Shown here: positions 1 through 9,819 of the stretch, piece after piece | Layout of the letters: the number at the start of each line of letters is the position of its first letter | Numbering within the stretch: the stretch's first letter is position 1 | Source: Candidatus Latescibacterota bacterium | Lineage (GTDB): Bacteria > Latescibacterota > UBA2968 > GCA-2709665 | Length of the DNA stretch: 64,000 nucleotides | Direction: 5' to 3' | NCBI GenBank assembly: GCA_965226795.1 | Contig: CBDDDZ010000005.1 | Span: 2,208,001-2,272,000 of the forward strand | Notes under the pieces: generated by a model | Database searches by the model: none | What the model was told of the DNA's origin: nothing | What the model saw: only the letters and a program-made list of their open reading frames with translations | Position numbers and translations under genes: made by a program

Positions 1-282
1 TTCAATAATGTGCTCGACGATGAGATTGTTGGCCGCATCCGCTAAAACTGGCAGACAGCGATGAAACCCATCGAAGACAGCGGGTCTCATGGCTGACCAA
101 TCAATTTCACCGCTTCGAATTCGTTCCATCGGCAGGGCGTTTGAATCGCGAAGGTGGTCAAACGAAAAGTGCCAGAATGGGATTGGTAGCGATTGTTGTA
201 GCTGGCGGGCAAGCGTCGACTTCCCGGAACTCGACGCGCCGTTGATGAGGATGATTTTCCCTGGTTCACGAGTGATATCCAT
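1..282 (-). CDS. Chloramphenicol phosphotransferase (CPT)-like P-loop kinase, runs off the window edge
   Basis: Not in the ORF track. Manual translation from ATG at 282: MDITREPGKIILINGASSSGKSTLARQLQQSLPIPFWHFSFDHLRDSNALPMERIRSGEIDWSAMRPAVFDGFHRCLPVLADAANNLIVEHIIE; Walker A NGASSSGKS typical of the CPT family. Confidence 0.8.
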   Translation of the reverse strand, partial: MDITREPGKIILINGASSSGKSTLARQLQQSLPIPFWHFSFDHLRDSNALPMERIRSGEIDWSAMRPAVFDGFHRCLPVLADAANNLIVEHIIE

Positions 283-432
283 GACGTGTCTATTGACCTA
301 ATCACCAGCCCTGCAAAGAGAGATCGCCGTACTAACTCAGACTGATGAGCGAGTTCAGTTTTACCACGTTCTCATTACATATTGGCACAGAGGGGATGCG
401 TTCAAGCGATTCCTCGAACAAAAACTCGAAAA

Positions 433-1010
433 GGTGGAGCAGACATTCTTGTCTGCTCACATGCATCAAACCGAAACCTCAGAATCTTGAATCCGGGCAC
501 GCCACACCTCGCCGGCGTCTCCCCCACCGGAAAAGGGACGGCGCCATTGATTGGATCACCTTTTGCCTCGCTGACGCGATCACCGGGACAAACGCCGCGC
601 CTTTCAGGATGCGCGTAAGCTGTGGCTCAAGCGGCACCGCGAACCGTGGACGGACGCCGAGTGGAAATGCATCTGTCACACGTGCGCCCACACTCTGAGG
701 AAGCCGGCAGGCTGACGAAGCCTCCGTCCGAATTCGTTAGCGAAGGCTTCTGCCACATTTACAATGGAATGGACGGGAGATTCTTCGACTGCGCTCAGAA
801 TGACAGGGCGGGGGATCATCAGAACTGTCATGCTGAGGAAACCGTCAGGCTGACGAAGCATCTCCTGCTCGCGTCGGATGATGCCCGGGCGTTTATCTTT
901 GGACCCGGCCTGCCAGGCAGCACATCCGTTCCCTCTCATGCGGCGGCATCCATCAGCCTTCAGCAGACAGCAAGACAATGAAAAGGGCAGACAGGAATGT
1001 CTGCCCCACC
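433..1010. repeat. Cluster of REP-like palindromic repeats
   Basis: GGTGGAGCAGACATTCTTGTCTGC (~433-456) and inverted partner GGGCAGACAGGAATGTCTGCCCCACC (~985-1010); GAGATTCTTCGACTGCGCTCAGAATGACA (~777-805) facing TGTCATGCTGAGG...GACGAAGCATCTC (~826-864); partial direct copy at ~695-724. Confidence 0.7.
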
Positions 1011-1097
1011 TTCACACACACTCCCTCGACGGCTCGACAAGCCATTGTGCGGGGGTGGAGATGGTCGATTCGCGAATAAAGCAGCCTGAGCCATGGT

Positions 1098-1496
1098 CTA
1101 CACGAATACTGAGGGCGAGACGCCAAATCGCCTGGACAAAGCACGTATCTGTCGGATGTTCAGCTCTCGCTTACCGCTCAGAATCTCCGAAACCACCCCT
1201 TGCGAACCCACCTCCGGCAAATCCGACTGAGTCAAATCATGCTCCTCCATGAGAAGTCGGAGTGGATCTGCACCCTCCAAGTCGGGCATGGAATGGTTTT
1301 GTTCTTCCCACGCGTGGACAACGGTGCCCAGCGTATCGAGCAGGGAATAAAGCGGATGCCGCTCATCAGTGCCCACTTCATCGATCAGGCTGTTGAGCCG
1401 CTTCAGGGCCAAGTCGTATTCCCGCTCGTTCCGGATCTTGAGTAACGCACTCACTTGCGTCCAGGATCGCTGAAGTTGGGTAGCAATAATACTCAT
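1098..1496 (-). CDS. higA: HigA-type antitoxin (C-terminal XRE HTH)
   Basis: IRNEREYDLAL...LMEEHDLTQSDLPEVGSQGVVSEILSGKRELNIRQIRALSRRF; start overlaps the higB remnant stop (ATGA). Confidence 0.85.
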   Translation of the reverse strand: MSIIATQLQRSWTQVSALLKIRNEREYDLALKRLNSLIDEVGTDERHPLYSLLDTLGTVVHAWEEQNHSMPDLEGADPLRLLMEEHDLTQSDLPEVGSQGVVSEILSGKRELNIRQIRALSRRFGVSPSVFV

Positions 1497-1645
1497 ATCC
1501 TCCATCCTCCACGGTCATAGGCCTGGTGTGTAAGTACATCACGGATGTATACTTTGCCCCGATTGAAGTGAATAGAGACAATCAGGCGGTACTTGTTGCC
1601 GGCGATGTTAAACACGACGAATTCTCCGACTTTATCGGCCGAAGG
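1493..1645 (-). pseudogene. higB: HigB toxin, C-terminal half only
   Basis: Manual translation PSADKVGEFVVFNIAGNKYRLIVSIHFNRGKVYIRDVLTHQAYDRGGWRI*; N-terminus missing. Confidence 0.8.
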
Positions 1646-1750
1646 CGGGCCGCCGTACGCCAAGGCGCCCCTTTGACAACCCTTCGACAGGCTCAGGACA
1701 AGGCTCAGGATAAACTCCGCGGCGCAGCGCCCGTGAATCGCGTGTTAAGC
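1646..1750 (-). other. Degenerate attC-like site interrupted by a nested CCCTTCGACAGGCTCAGG repeat
   Basis: R'' GCTTAAC (+ strand GTTAAGC 1744-1750); GCCAAGGCGCC...GCGGCGCAGCGC segments shared with the attC at 2910-3001; R' lost. Confidence 0.55.
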
Positions 1751-1802
1751 GCTGCTACGGCGCGGGGTGGTTATGGTCTTCCTCGCCCGGCCGAGAGCAC
1801 GC

Positions 1803-2186
1803 TCAAATATCTATCCGATAGTCCAACCTGGCTTCGTCCCCTGTCATGCCGCGGAAACCCCAATTACCGGCCGGAGTCTCGAAGCGCGTGATCTCCAGGT
1901 CAATCGGTGCAATCCCCAAATTCTCCCCTATTCGCTCAAACAAAAGGTGGATCAGTTTCTTCCTGACTTCTGCTGAACGTCCCTCCATTAGAGAGATCTC
2001 TATCACCGTGTACGCATCCGTACGTCCCTCCGGATAGTAGAAGTCTTCAGCATCCATTGGGATGAAGCGATGTGCTCGTTTATCGGTCGGAAATGAAAGG
2101 GCGTCAACCATACATGTGTTGATCACATCGGATAGCTTCGCCTTTATCGGATCCAGATTTTGCCTCAGGCCGTAGACTCGAATCAT
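1803..2186 (-). CDS. Tautomerase-family protein (gene cassette)
   Basis: MIRVYGLR...DRTDAYTVIEISLMEGRSAEVRKKL-type region, DLEITRFETPAGNWG; GGAG RBS upstream of ATG 2186. Confidence 0.8.
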   Translation of the reverse strand: MIRVYGLRQNLDPIKAKLSDVINTCMVDALSFPTDKRAHRFIPMDAEDFYYPEGRTDAYTVIEISLMEGRSAEVRKKLIHLLFERIGENLGIAPIDLEITRFETPAGNWGFRGMTGDEARLDYRIDI

Positions 2187-2263
2187 GCGGGTTCTCCGTT
2201 CCGGCGAATATGACGGCCTAATTCGCGACGCCTGCGTGTTTGGTATATCGATGCCGCACTTGC

Positions 2264-2348
2264 ACATAACGTTCCTGGCACCCACGAACTTGCCGGAGGC
2301 AAGTTGGGCGAGGGGTGTATACCCCGAGCCGCAGACGGCTTGTTAGGC
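2264..2348 (-). other. attC-like recombination site (85 bp)
   Basis: Minus strand R'' GCCTAAC (contains the GNAT stop) ... R' GTTATGT; internal hairpins AACTTGCC-GGA-GGCAAGTT and GGGGT-GTAT-ACCCC. Confidence 0.75.
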
Positions 2349-2873
2349 GTAGCCGCCCCTTACGTCTTCGCGCGTGATTCGATAGGCCAGTCTATCCCTG
2401 TCCTCCCACAAGAAGCGTTTCCAGAAACGGAATTCGCACTTCTCTGATAGGCCAACCGACTTTTGATTTCCAGGCATAATGACGCCCACTATTTCCGCCA
2501 GTGCGAGGTTGTCAAAGCCATACTGCACAACAGATCTCATCACTTCAGTTCCGTATCCCTTGCGCCACTCAGATCTTCTTAGGGCACAACCTATGTTGAC
2601 TTCGGGCATATTGGAGATGTAATGAAGGCCGCAGAAGCCAATCAGATCACCAGACTCCTTCTCAATGACACCCCAGTCTCCAAACCCATGCGTATCCCAA
2701 TGTTCGTTGATCTCTACGATCCTCCCTCTCGTCTGCTGGACGTCCTTGTCCGGCCCAGGCCACCAGCGTTTCATAACATCTGGATCTCCTGTCGTCCTGT
2801 GGAGAGCGGGAGCGTCTGCTTCAGTCAGGTGTCGTAAGAGGAGTCGCTCTGTCCCAATAGTGGGCTTGTTCAC
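2343..2873 (-). CDS. GNAT N-acetyltransferase, RimJ/RimL family (gene cassette)
   Basis: IGTERLLLR, LIGFCGL, WRKGYGTE, PGNQKS motifs; probable GTG start at 2873. Confidence 0.85.
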   Translation of the reverse strand: MNKPTIGTERLLLRHLTEADAPALHRTTGDPDVMKRWWPGPDKDVQQTRGRIVEINEHWDTHGFGDWGVIEKESGDLIGFCGLHYISNMPEVNIGCALRRSEWRKGYGTEVMRSVVQYGFDNLALAEIVGVIMPGNQKSVGLSEKCEFRFWKRFLWEDRDRLAYRITREDVRGGYA

Positions 2874-2909
2874 ACTGTTAACTCTATTCAATTGAAGGTG
2901 GGAGGTTTC

Positions 2910-3001
2910 GCCTAACGTTTCGCCGGTTTGCGAACCCGCAAAGCGGGTTGCCGAAGGCCAAGGCGCCAGCGGCGGCGCAGCGCAATACCGCGCTGTTAGC
3001 G
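2910..3001 (-). other. attC-like recombination site (92 bp)
   Basis: R'' CGCTAAC ... R' GTTAGGC; stem CGGTATTGCG/CGCAAACCG with one extrahelical base; hairpin AACCCGC-AAA-GCGGGTT. Confidence 0.8.
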
Positions 3002-3038
3002 GACGTCGTATCTCGGTCGTGCCTTACTATGCAAACTA

Positions 3039-3647
3039 CTATTTCGACAGAAGCCTTTGCCAGCGATGACCTTCAGGATGCAGAACTTCCAACCCAGTCT
3101 CCAACCATCTCTTCGCCTCGGCGGACATCAGCGGCAGGCACGCTTCAAAGTCTAGTTCATCTTTCGAACGAGAATTCTTAGCTTTGTAAAGAAGTTGGAC
3201 CTCAATCCGTATACAGGGAACACGTCTATATGAAACGATCAAGTCTCCTCGTTGCCCGCCAATCAGTTTGCTGCGCCTACTGAACCACCTGTCGCCTTCG
3301 CTTTCAGTCAACATGATCTGAAGCTGCCACGCCTGTGCGCTGGTATGGCCCCATATGTCATGTATCCCGTAAGGCAAGTACTCTGATTCTGCCCATGGTC
3401 GCAATGAGCCAGGTGGATCAGCCGCGTACAGATGCCAATCTGAGAGCCAGCGCTGTACGTCGAGTTGTTGATCCCGGTACACTATGACGTCAATATCACC
3501 GTGGTCCCGGACGCGCTTTCCCACGAACTGCTCAACCGCATAGCCACCGGCGAGTCCCCACATGAAAGGAGCGTTGGCGAACAATTGCGTCAATTCCTGG
3601 ACTGATAAGGGTTGCCATTGGCTGTAGGGAATCCCAGGAGTGGTCAT
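3039..3647 (-). CDS. Nucleotidyltransferase, ANT(2'')/lincosamide NTase-like family (gene cassette)
   Basis: WGLAGGYAVE...RDHGDIDV motif; LLYKAK...KDELDF C-terminus. Confidence 0.8.
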   Translation of the reverse strand: MTTPGIPYSQWQPLSVQELTQLFANAPFMWGLAGGYAVEQFVGKRVRDHGDIDVIVYRDQQLDVQRWLSDWHLYAADPPGSLRPWAESEYLPYGIHDIWGHTSAQAWQLQIMLTESEGDRWFSRRSKLIGGQRGDLIVSYRRVPCIRIEVQLLYKAKNSRSKDELDFEACLPLMSAEAKRWLETGLEVLHPEGHRWQRLLSK

Positions 3648-3677
3648 GCAGTTCGCATCCTGCGCTTAAACGATGTC

Positions 3678-3758
3678 CGCTAACGTTCTGGCCGTGCCCG
3701 AACCGCGAAGCGGTTGCGCGAAGGGCGCAGCCCGTAGCCGGACACGGACGTGTTATAG
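3678..3758 (-). other. attC-like recombination site (81 bp)
   Basis: R'' CTATAAC ... R' GTTAGCG; stem CCGTGCCCG/CGGACACGG; hairpin AACCGC-GAA-GCGGTT. Confidence 0.8.
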
Positions 3759-3827
3759 GAAGTGCCAAACCTGTTTCCTTGGCACAGTAATCTCAATTCC
3801 GCGCACATCCTCGCCAAACAGCTCACC

Positions 3828-4511
3828 TCAATCCTCTTTACTGCTTTCCCCTTGCACTTCTACCAGCAAACGACCGAGATCAGGATACTCTCTGTGCGCG
3901 AACTGTCGAATCTCTTCCAATGGAGGAATAGACGTGGGCTTCTCCTTTGGAAGTGCCTTCAAGGCCGACGGAATACGTTCAGGGAAGGTTGCTAGGTGAA
4001 AGCCTCTTCGATTCTGCGCGAAATCAGTGAGAAGTTTACTGTCCTTAAACCTGCAATGTACCGGAAAGAGATACATGGCATCAGCCCGAAATGGACCGAA
4101 AATCTGTGCAACTGCTCCATCTGGAGGTTCTACCGCCGATGAGATTGAAAAAAGCCGCTGTAGGACTTCCTGTCCATGTTCACCTTGTACGTAGACGCGT
4201 CTGAGTGGGATCTCAGAACTATCTTGCGAGATGGCTGTGACGACCAAGAGCCCATATCCATTCAAACGGTGAAACTCCTTACTATCCTTTGGAAACGCAA
4301 TGTCGTGAAACCCAACTCGCGCAGCCACAGCTCCATATTTCTGGTAACGTAACGCGGACTCTGCAATGATTTTGTCAATCCGCGCACTACTCACAGGCTC
4401 AGAAGAGTAGCCAGTCCGCTCTCGAACGTGGAAATGGTCTTCAGCCCCTGTCCAAGCAAAGTCAGGAATATTCACCATCACAACTGCCAGTATTGCCAAT
4501 GATCGTGTCAT
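3828..4511 (-). CDS. Hypothetical exported protein (probable gene cassette)
   Basis: 227 aa ORF with hydrophobic N-terminus, followed by an attC-like site. Confidence 0.65.
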   Translation of the reverse strand: MTRSLAILAVVMVNIPDFAWTGAEDHFHVRERTGYSSEPVSSARIDKIIAESALRYQKYGAVAARVGFHDIAFPKDSKEFHRLNGYGLLVVTAISQDSSEIPLRRVYVQGEHGQEVLQRLFSISSAVEPPDGAVAQIFGPFRADAMYLFPVHCRFKDSKLLTDFAQNRRGFHLATFPERIPSALKALPKEKPTSIPPLEEIRQFAHREYPDLGRLLVEVQGESSKED

Positions 4512-4651
4512 CAGATGTACCCTACCTTATCGTCGAGTAACCTAACAGCCCGTTGAAAAAGTCCATCCGGGCTGCGTCCGGCCCTTGTGGCCGAATTACT
4601 GCGTTGCGCTCCCTCCCCGAATCCCCGATTCGACGCGGTCGCGCGCCTAGT

Positions 4652-6531
4652 CCTTAAACAAGCGTGATGGTGAGATTTTTCTGGTCCAAGAGACCGGAAA
4701 GGCCTACCGTTGTTGGAGATAGATGGATTGCGCTAGAAATCATCACTCCAACGCAGGAGACCTTTCCGGTGAAAAGAATATCGGTTGATGACAGCCGCAG
4801 GAACAGTGCTCGTCGCAAACGCAAAGTGGCCGCCCGCCACGGTCGAGCGGGCATTGGCAGGCGCAGCCCCGGCCCATGTTCAGCCCTGGCAAAGTGCACT
4901 ACGAGGTGGGCGCCTACACCGACGCGATGAGTTACGGAGGCATCGGCGCCGTGCATCGCCTGGTCACCAAGCTGGGACTGCCCAAGCGCATCGACGCGTC
5001 GCTGTCCCTGTTGAAGGTGCATCTGCCCTATCATGAGTCGGACCACGTGCTCAACATCGCTTACAACGTGTTGTGCGGCGGCACGCGCCTGGAGGATATC
5101 GAGCGTTTGCGACATGACGGGGCCTACATGAATGCCCTGGGTGCTCAGTTGATTCCCGATCCGACCACGGCGGGTGACTTTTGCCGACGCTTCTCGGAAC
5201 GGGACATCGTCGAACTGATGGCGTGCATCAACGCGGTGCGATCCTCCTTGTGGGCATCGCGTGGCCGCAAATTGCTTTGTGACATCACCTATATCGACGT
5301 GGACGGCACAAACGTGCCGACGTATGGAAAGCGCAAGAGGGGTATGGACATCTCTTACCAGGGCATCTGGGGCTACCATCCGCTGGTGATCTCACTGGCC
5401 AACACGAAGGAAGTGCTCTTCCTGGTCAACCGACCGGGGAATGTGCCCAGCCACACCGGTGCGGCACCCTGGATCGACGCGGCCTTGGCGCTGGTGCAGC
5501 CCCACGCCAAGCGCCTCTGTGTACGTGGCGACACCGACTTTTCCTTGACCCGACATTTTGATCGATGGGCCAAAAGCGTCGACTTCATCTTCGGGATGGA
5601 CGCCAACGCGACGATGCGTTCCCGTGCTGAGGCCCTCGACGAGGCACAATGGCAGCCCCTGCAACGCAAACCCCGTTATCACACCGTGACCGACCAGAAG
5701 CGGAAGCGCAATCAGCCCCACGAGAAACAGCGCATCGTCCGCAAACGGGCCTACGCCAACCTGGTCCTCAACCACGAACACGTGGCCGAGTTCAACTACC
5801 AACCCACGCGCTGTAAACGTGTGTATCGCGTCGTGGTCCTGCGCAAGAACATCAGTAAAATGAAGGGCGACCTTGTCCTGTTCGACGAATGCCGTTATTT
5901 CTTCTATATCACGACACGCACGGACGTAAGCCCCGCCGAGATCGTCGCCTGTGCCAACCAACGCTGCGATCAGGAGAACGTCATCGAGCAACTCAAAAAC
6001 GGCGTCAACGCCTTGCGCGTGCCCCTGTATGACCTGGTCAGCAACTGGGCCTACATGGTCATCGCCGCCCTGGCCTGGAACCTCAAATCCTGGTTTGCCA
6101 TGATGATGCACCGACACCTGGACCGACAGCAGTACGTCCGCATGGAATTCCGGCGCTTCATCCACAGCATCATCTTGATTCCCTGCCACGTCATCCAACG
6201 CGCGCACACCACCACGTTGCGCCTCATCGGCTATCAACCCACCCTCGATCGCCTCTTCAGCACCTGGCGTATCATTGAACGCACCGGATTTGGATAACAC
6301 CAATGCAGCACGACCGATGACACACACACGCCGCGCCATCCCCACACCCCTCAACGGACCGGTGTGTCCACCACGCGCCTGACCGCCACTTCGGATACTC
6401 AATTCACGATAGCGACCACGACAAACACCGCCCCAAAGATCATCCAAAACGCCAATTCCATATAAATCGACACCAACGCCTCACCACAAACACAGATCGA
6501 TGTGCCGCAAACGAAACTCGCTTATTTTAGG
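4652..6531 (+). mobile_element. IS1380-family insertion sequence
   Basis: TIRs CCTTAAACAAGCG / CGCTTATTTTAGG; CCTAGT direct repeats at 4646-4651 and 6532-6537. Confidence 0.9.
4876..6297 (+). CDS. IS1380-family DDE transposase
   Basis: YIDVDGT, GYHPL, VRGDTDF, RCDQENVIEQLK motifs; the true N-terminus may begin ~4769 in another frame. Confidence 0.9.
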   Translation: MFSPGKVHYEVGAYTDAMSYGGIGAVHRLVTKLGLPKRIDASLSLLKVHLPYHESDHVLNIAYNVLCGGTRLEDIERLRHDGAYMNALGAQLIPDPTTAGDFCRRFSERDIVELMACINAVRSSLWASRGRKLLCDITYIDVDGTNVPTYGKRKRGMDISYQGIWGYHPLVISLANTKEVLFLVNRPGNVPSHTGAAPWIDAALALVQPHAKRLCVRGDTDFSLTRHFDRWAKSVDFIFGMDANATMRSRAEALDEAQWQPLQRKPRYHTVTDQKRKRNQPHEKQRIVRKRAYANLVLNHEHVAEFNYQPTRCKRVYRVVVLRKNISKMKGDLVLFDECRYFFYITTRTDVSPAEIVACANQRCDQENVIEQLKNGVNALRVPLYDLVSNWAYMVIAALAWNLKSWFAMMMHRHLDRQQYVRMEFRRFIHSIILIPCHVIQRAHTTTLRLIGYQPTLDRLFSTWRIIERTGFG

Positions 6532-6946
6532 CCTAGTCTTCGGCCACAATGACTCGGCCTCGCCTGCAGAGCGACTTTTTCAACGGACTGCTAAACAGTT
6601 GGAGTGAGGAACAGGATCTATCGATTCGTGCTTCCGCTTATTTCGACTGGTACGAGGATAACAAAGGATAAAGCGATAGAAGGTTTTGTGAGCGATTGCC
6701 ACGGTGGTTGGACTCTGCCTTTGCGCCAGTTTTGCATAACTACGGCATTGGCGAACATGCACGGTAATGCGGGCCAGATCGGAGAATTCCCGGACATTCG
6801 GGAACATCACACATTGAAGCTTGAATCCCGAACATTTTCAATGATGCTTTCTTAAGTGCCATTATCTTAACCACATCGCCACCAATTTAAACCTGGCTCA
6901 ACGCTTCCAACATCATTCGGCACTCCTGCGCCCTTTAGACTGCTCT

Positions 6947-7351
6947 CTAATTTTTATGGGGAAATTGTCTCATTAATATAGGCACAGAGGGAAAGTCTAT
7001 CTGGGCTGTTCTTAAATTTCTTTTTCCGTTGTATGTGACAAAACGAGGAAGAATAGCCTGTACTCCACACAAAACATGATAGTGATTACTCAGATGTGAT
7101 AATTTTTCTAGCGTTTCGATCTCTCCCTTTGCTCCCGCATAAAATGAATTTCCTTTGTTTCTTTCGAATTGTTGGATCTTTCTTCTTTTTCTCCACTTTC
7201 TTATTCCTGCAAAAATCCCGTCATCTTTTGCATTGAGTTCATTTCTTAGTTTTCGATGTGCGTTTTCTATATCTTCGAATGTTTTCACAGGTTTAGGGTA
7301 CAAGTCCAAGAGCTGTTTTTCACTATCTGGCCTGCCATAGATTATCGCCAT
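6947..7351 (-). pseudogene. NERD (nuclease-related) domain protein, apparently truncated
   Basis: GAKGEIETLEKL...YHVLCGV...TAQIDF then similarity ends; AT-rich segment. Confidence 0.6.
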
Positions 7352-7582
7352 TGGACACACTCCAAGATTACAGAGTTCTCATAATCTAACCTGCGATTCG
7401 CACTCAGCCATCCCATCATTTGCACCATCCGTTCTGTTCGCGTTTATTTTTCTCTCCGCCGCAAAACTCCCGATACCACCCGTTGACAATCACCCGGCCA
7501 CACGACACGATGGGAGATTGCCGATAATGCCGCGCTCTCATTGCCCGCTAAAAGATCGCCAGTCCCCGAAATTGCGGCGTAT

Positions 7583-8128
7583 CTAGACCACGCCAAAGTC
7601 GGGGCGGGACAGGACGACCCATGAAGGCAGACCCAACTGTTTCCACAACGCAAAGGGTTCCAATTCGGAAATACGGCTCAAGAAGAGGCTCAGTACAGTC
7701 CCATGCGTGACAAGAGACATGTTTACCCGTGGAAAGCGGTCTGAAAATTCATATACGGCCTTCGAGAACCTGTCATGCGCTTGATCGGCAGTCTCATCTC
7801 CAAAAACCAGATCCGCAGGTCGCGCGAAAAAACGGCCGATTGATTGCTCAAATCGCTCCTTTTCCAGGAAGCCGACGTTGCTGCGGTCATGTTCGTGCAG
7901 CCCTTCAACGGCTTCTACCGGGATGTTCAGCACCCCGGCCGCAATTTCAGCCGTTTCCATGGCCTTGGGTTCGATGCTGCTGACAACCAGACCGAGATCA
8001 TATCTGTCCAATTTCTCACCAAGTATCCGCGAACGGACGGACCCTTCCTCGGAAAGATGCCATTTGTTGGCAGGAACGGCTGGATCGATATCCGGCAACG
8101 AGTGCTTCACGAGAACAAGCGTCTGCAT
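7583..8128 (-). CDS. Histidine phosphatase family protein
   Basis: MQTLVLVKHS, VSSIEPKAMETA, GLHEHDR, LVTHG. Confidence 0.85.
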   Translation of the reverse strand: MQTLVLVKHSLPDIDPAVPANKWHLSEEGSVRSRILGEKLDRYDLGLVVSSIEPKAMETAEIAAGVLNIPVEAVEGLHEHDRSNVGFLEKERFEQSIGRFFARPADLVFGDETADQAHDRFSKAVYEFSDRFPRVNMSLVTHGTVLSLFLSRISELEPFALWKQLGLPSWVVLSRPDFGVV

Positions 8129-8283
8129 TCTGGCGCGACGACTCCTTCCAGACATTGTTCGGGGACGTTTTCCTGGAGACGAGACACGACGGCAGATTGT
8201 CTCATCAGATTCAGGGCCTGCGACCGTTGCGCCGGAATTCCTTCGTCCAAATCCGACGGGTTTGATCATCCATGCTGGAGGCA

Positions 8284-8922
8284 CTAACGCCCTCCCCCTT
8301 GTAGCGCCTGCTGCACCTCGTTCCGTACACCCTTCCTCTTGTCGTTCGCTATCGACCGCACTGCCGCCAGAGCATCGGGTGTGCCGACTTTTCCTAAAGC
8401 CCTCGCCGCCTCGGCACGCGGGCCCTTTCGTGTATCTCTGAGTCGGGACGCGAGGAAGGGCACTGCCCTTGGGTCGCGAAACACGGCAAAGGCATGGACT
8501 ACGCCGGAAAGCGTCTCGAGGTCATCGGTATCCCCCAGGTCAAGCAGACGATCGAAACAGTCCATCCCAATCTCTCCAAGGATCCGGACGGCAAGATTCC
8601 TTGCGGTGGACGCTGCGTGTCGTACCGGATAAGAGTCACCCGCGTACCGAATGTAGTGAAACGCCACTTCTTCGGCCTCGTTTGCACGTTTGGCCACCCA
8701 ATTGCCGATATTTTGAAGTTCGTCATCTTTGCCGGGAAAATGGCGCATGGATGCCATTTCGATAGCCCCTCGCACGAGTTCATCCGTGGGAAGTCTGGGG
8801 AGAACAGCTCGCGCAAAGTTCGCGATTTCCGCCGTCTCCAGATCGGAATGGTTCGGCGATCGCAGGTCCTCTCCATGTGCAAGCACATCCGAAGGCCGCA
8901 GATGCCTCGCAGAAGCCATCAT
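8284..8922 (-). CDS. HEAT-repeat protein
   Basis: DPRAVPFLASRLRD...RAEAARALGKVGTP...VRNEVQQAL. Confidence 0.7.
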   Translation of the reverse strand: MMASARHLRPSDVLAHGEDLRSPNHSDLETAEIANFARAVLPRLPTDELVRGAIEMASMRHFPGKDDELQNIGNWVAKRANEAEEVAFHYIRYAGDSYPVRHAASTARNLAVRILGEIGMDCFDRLLDLGDTDDLETLSGVVHAFAVFRDPRAVPFLASRLRDTRKGPRAEAARALGKVGTPDALAAVRSIANDKRKGVRNEVQQALQGGGR

Positions 8923-9015
8923 TGTCGCGCGAGCCAGGGTCCGAAAAGCCTCAAAACGGTTGGCAAATAGAATAAGCGCGAACGCCGTACGAAGGCCTGT
9001 AGGATACGCAGGAAT

Positions 9016-9819
9016 CTATTTGTCAATGACTGCCTTCCAAATCAGGCGACGCTGGCGAACATCAAGTTTCCCCTGTTTTCCGTAACAGGAGAAAATGGCC
9101 CTCAGCGAGTCTTCCAGTTCCGAATAGGACGGCGTTTCATCAGGGTGCCGACCGAACGCGAGCGCCTCGTACAACCGCTTGGGGCCGTCCAGCACGGCTG
9201 GCACGTTGAAAGTCCAACAGCTGTGCAGTTCAATCCTTGCCTCCGCCAGGGACCGGGTAACCGTTTCCAACATCGAGTCCGGAAGGTGATGGTTTTCACG
9301 ATCGAATGGTTCGGGCAATGCGGTATTCCATTCCGGCACTGGAACTCGGCCCGACATGCAAAGCTGGATAAGTACGCCTCCGTTCCTCATAACCTGTTTC
9401 GCGTCAGCAATCCAGTGCACAGGCCCGCGCCTGGAGATGACCAAATCAAGAGAGTCGTCTCCAACGGGTATTCTCACCGTCCCCTGATTTGCCTTCATGC
9501 TTGAATCATGTACGAGGAATGTGACATTTTCCAGCCCGGCGTTGCTGGCATTTTCCTTCGCGGTTTCGATATATGTACTAACGCGATCGTACCCGGTAAA
9601 GCTCCGGCAAAACGGAGCAAGGCGAAGCGCGTCATCACCGTGCCCACAGCCCACGTCCATCACGTCCTTGTCAGTGCGCAGATGCTCCTTCACGAAATCC
9701 AGGTAAAAGGATTCCCCATCGTGGGCTCCGACCTCGACGTCTACTGTTGAGGAAGGGTAATCCTTCTGGTTCGTCGCAAGTTTCTCGTACCACTCCACGC
9801 TGTGCGGACGCGGACCCAT
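9016..9819 (-). CDS. Class I SAM-dependent methyltransferase
   Basis: VMDVGCGHG motif I; SLDLVISRRGP. Confidence 0.85.
   Translation of the reverse strand: MGPRPHSVEWYEKLATNQKDYPSSTVDVEVGAHDGESFYLDFVKEHLRTDKDVMDVGCGHGDDALRLAPFCRSFTGYDRVSTYIETAKENASNAGLENVTFLVHDSSMKANQGTVRIPVGDDSLDLVISRRGPVHWIADAKQVMRNGGVLIQLCMSGRVPVPEWNTALPEPFDRENHHLPDSMLETVTRSLAEARIELHSCWTFNVPAVLDGPKRLYEALAFGRHPDETPSYSELEDSLRAIFSCYGKQGKLDVRQRRLIWKAVIDK

Larger units (their letters stand above)
4546..6590. mobile_element. 160 bp MITE (copy 1), split by an IS1380 insertion
   Basis: TIRs CAGCCCGTTGAAAAAGTC / GACTTTTTCAACGGACTG; CTAA duplication at 4542-4545 and 6591-6594; flanks rejoin to match the intact copy at 57464-57623. 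Confidence 0.9.

Noticed and set aside
1668..1712. Short repeats as a CRISPR array
   Set aside because: No regular repeat-spacer periodicity and no cas genes
5392..6447. Long antisense ORFs over transposases and GC-rich genes (also 11978-12973, 21495-22967)
   Set aside because: Shadow ORFs opposite well-supported genes, with no motifs
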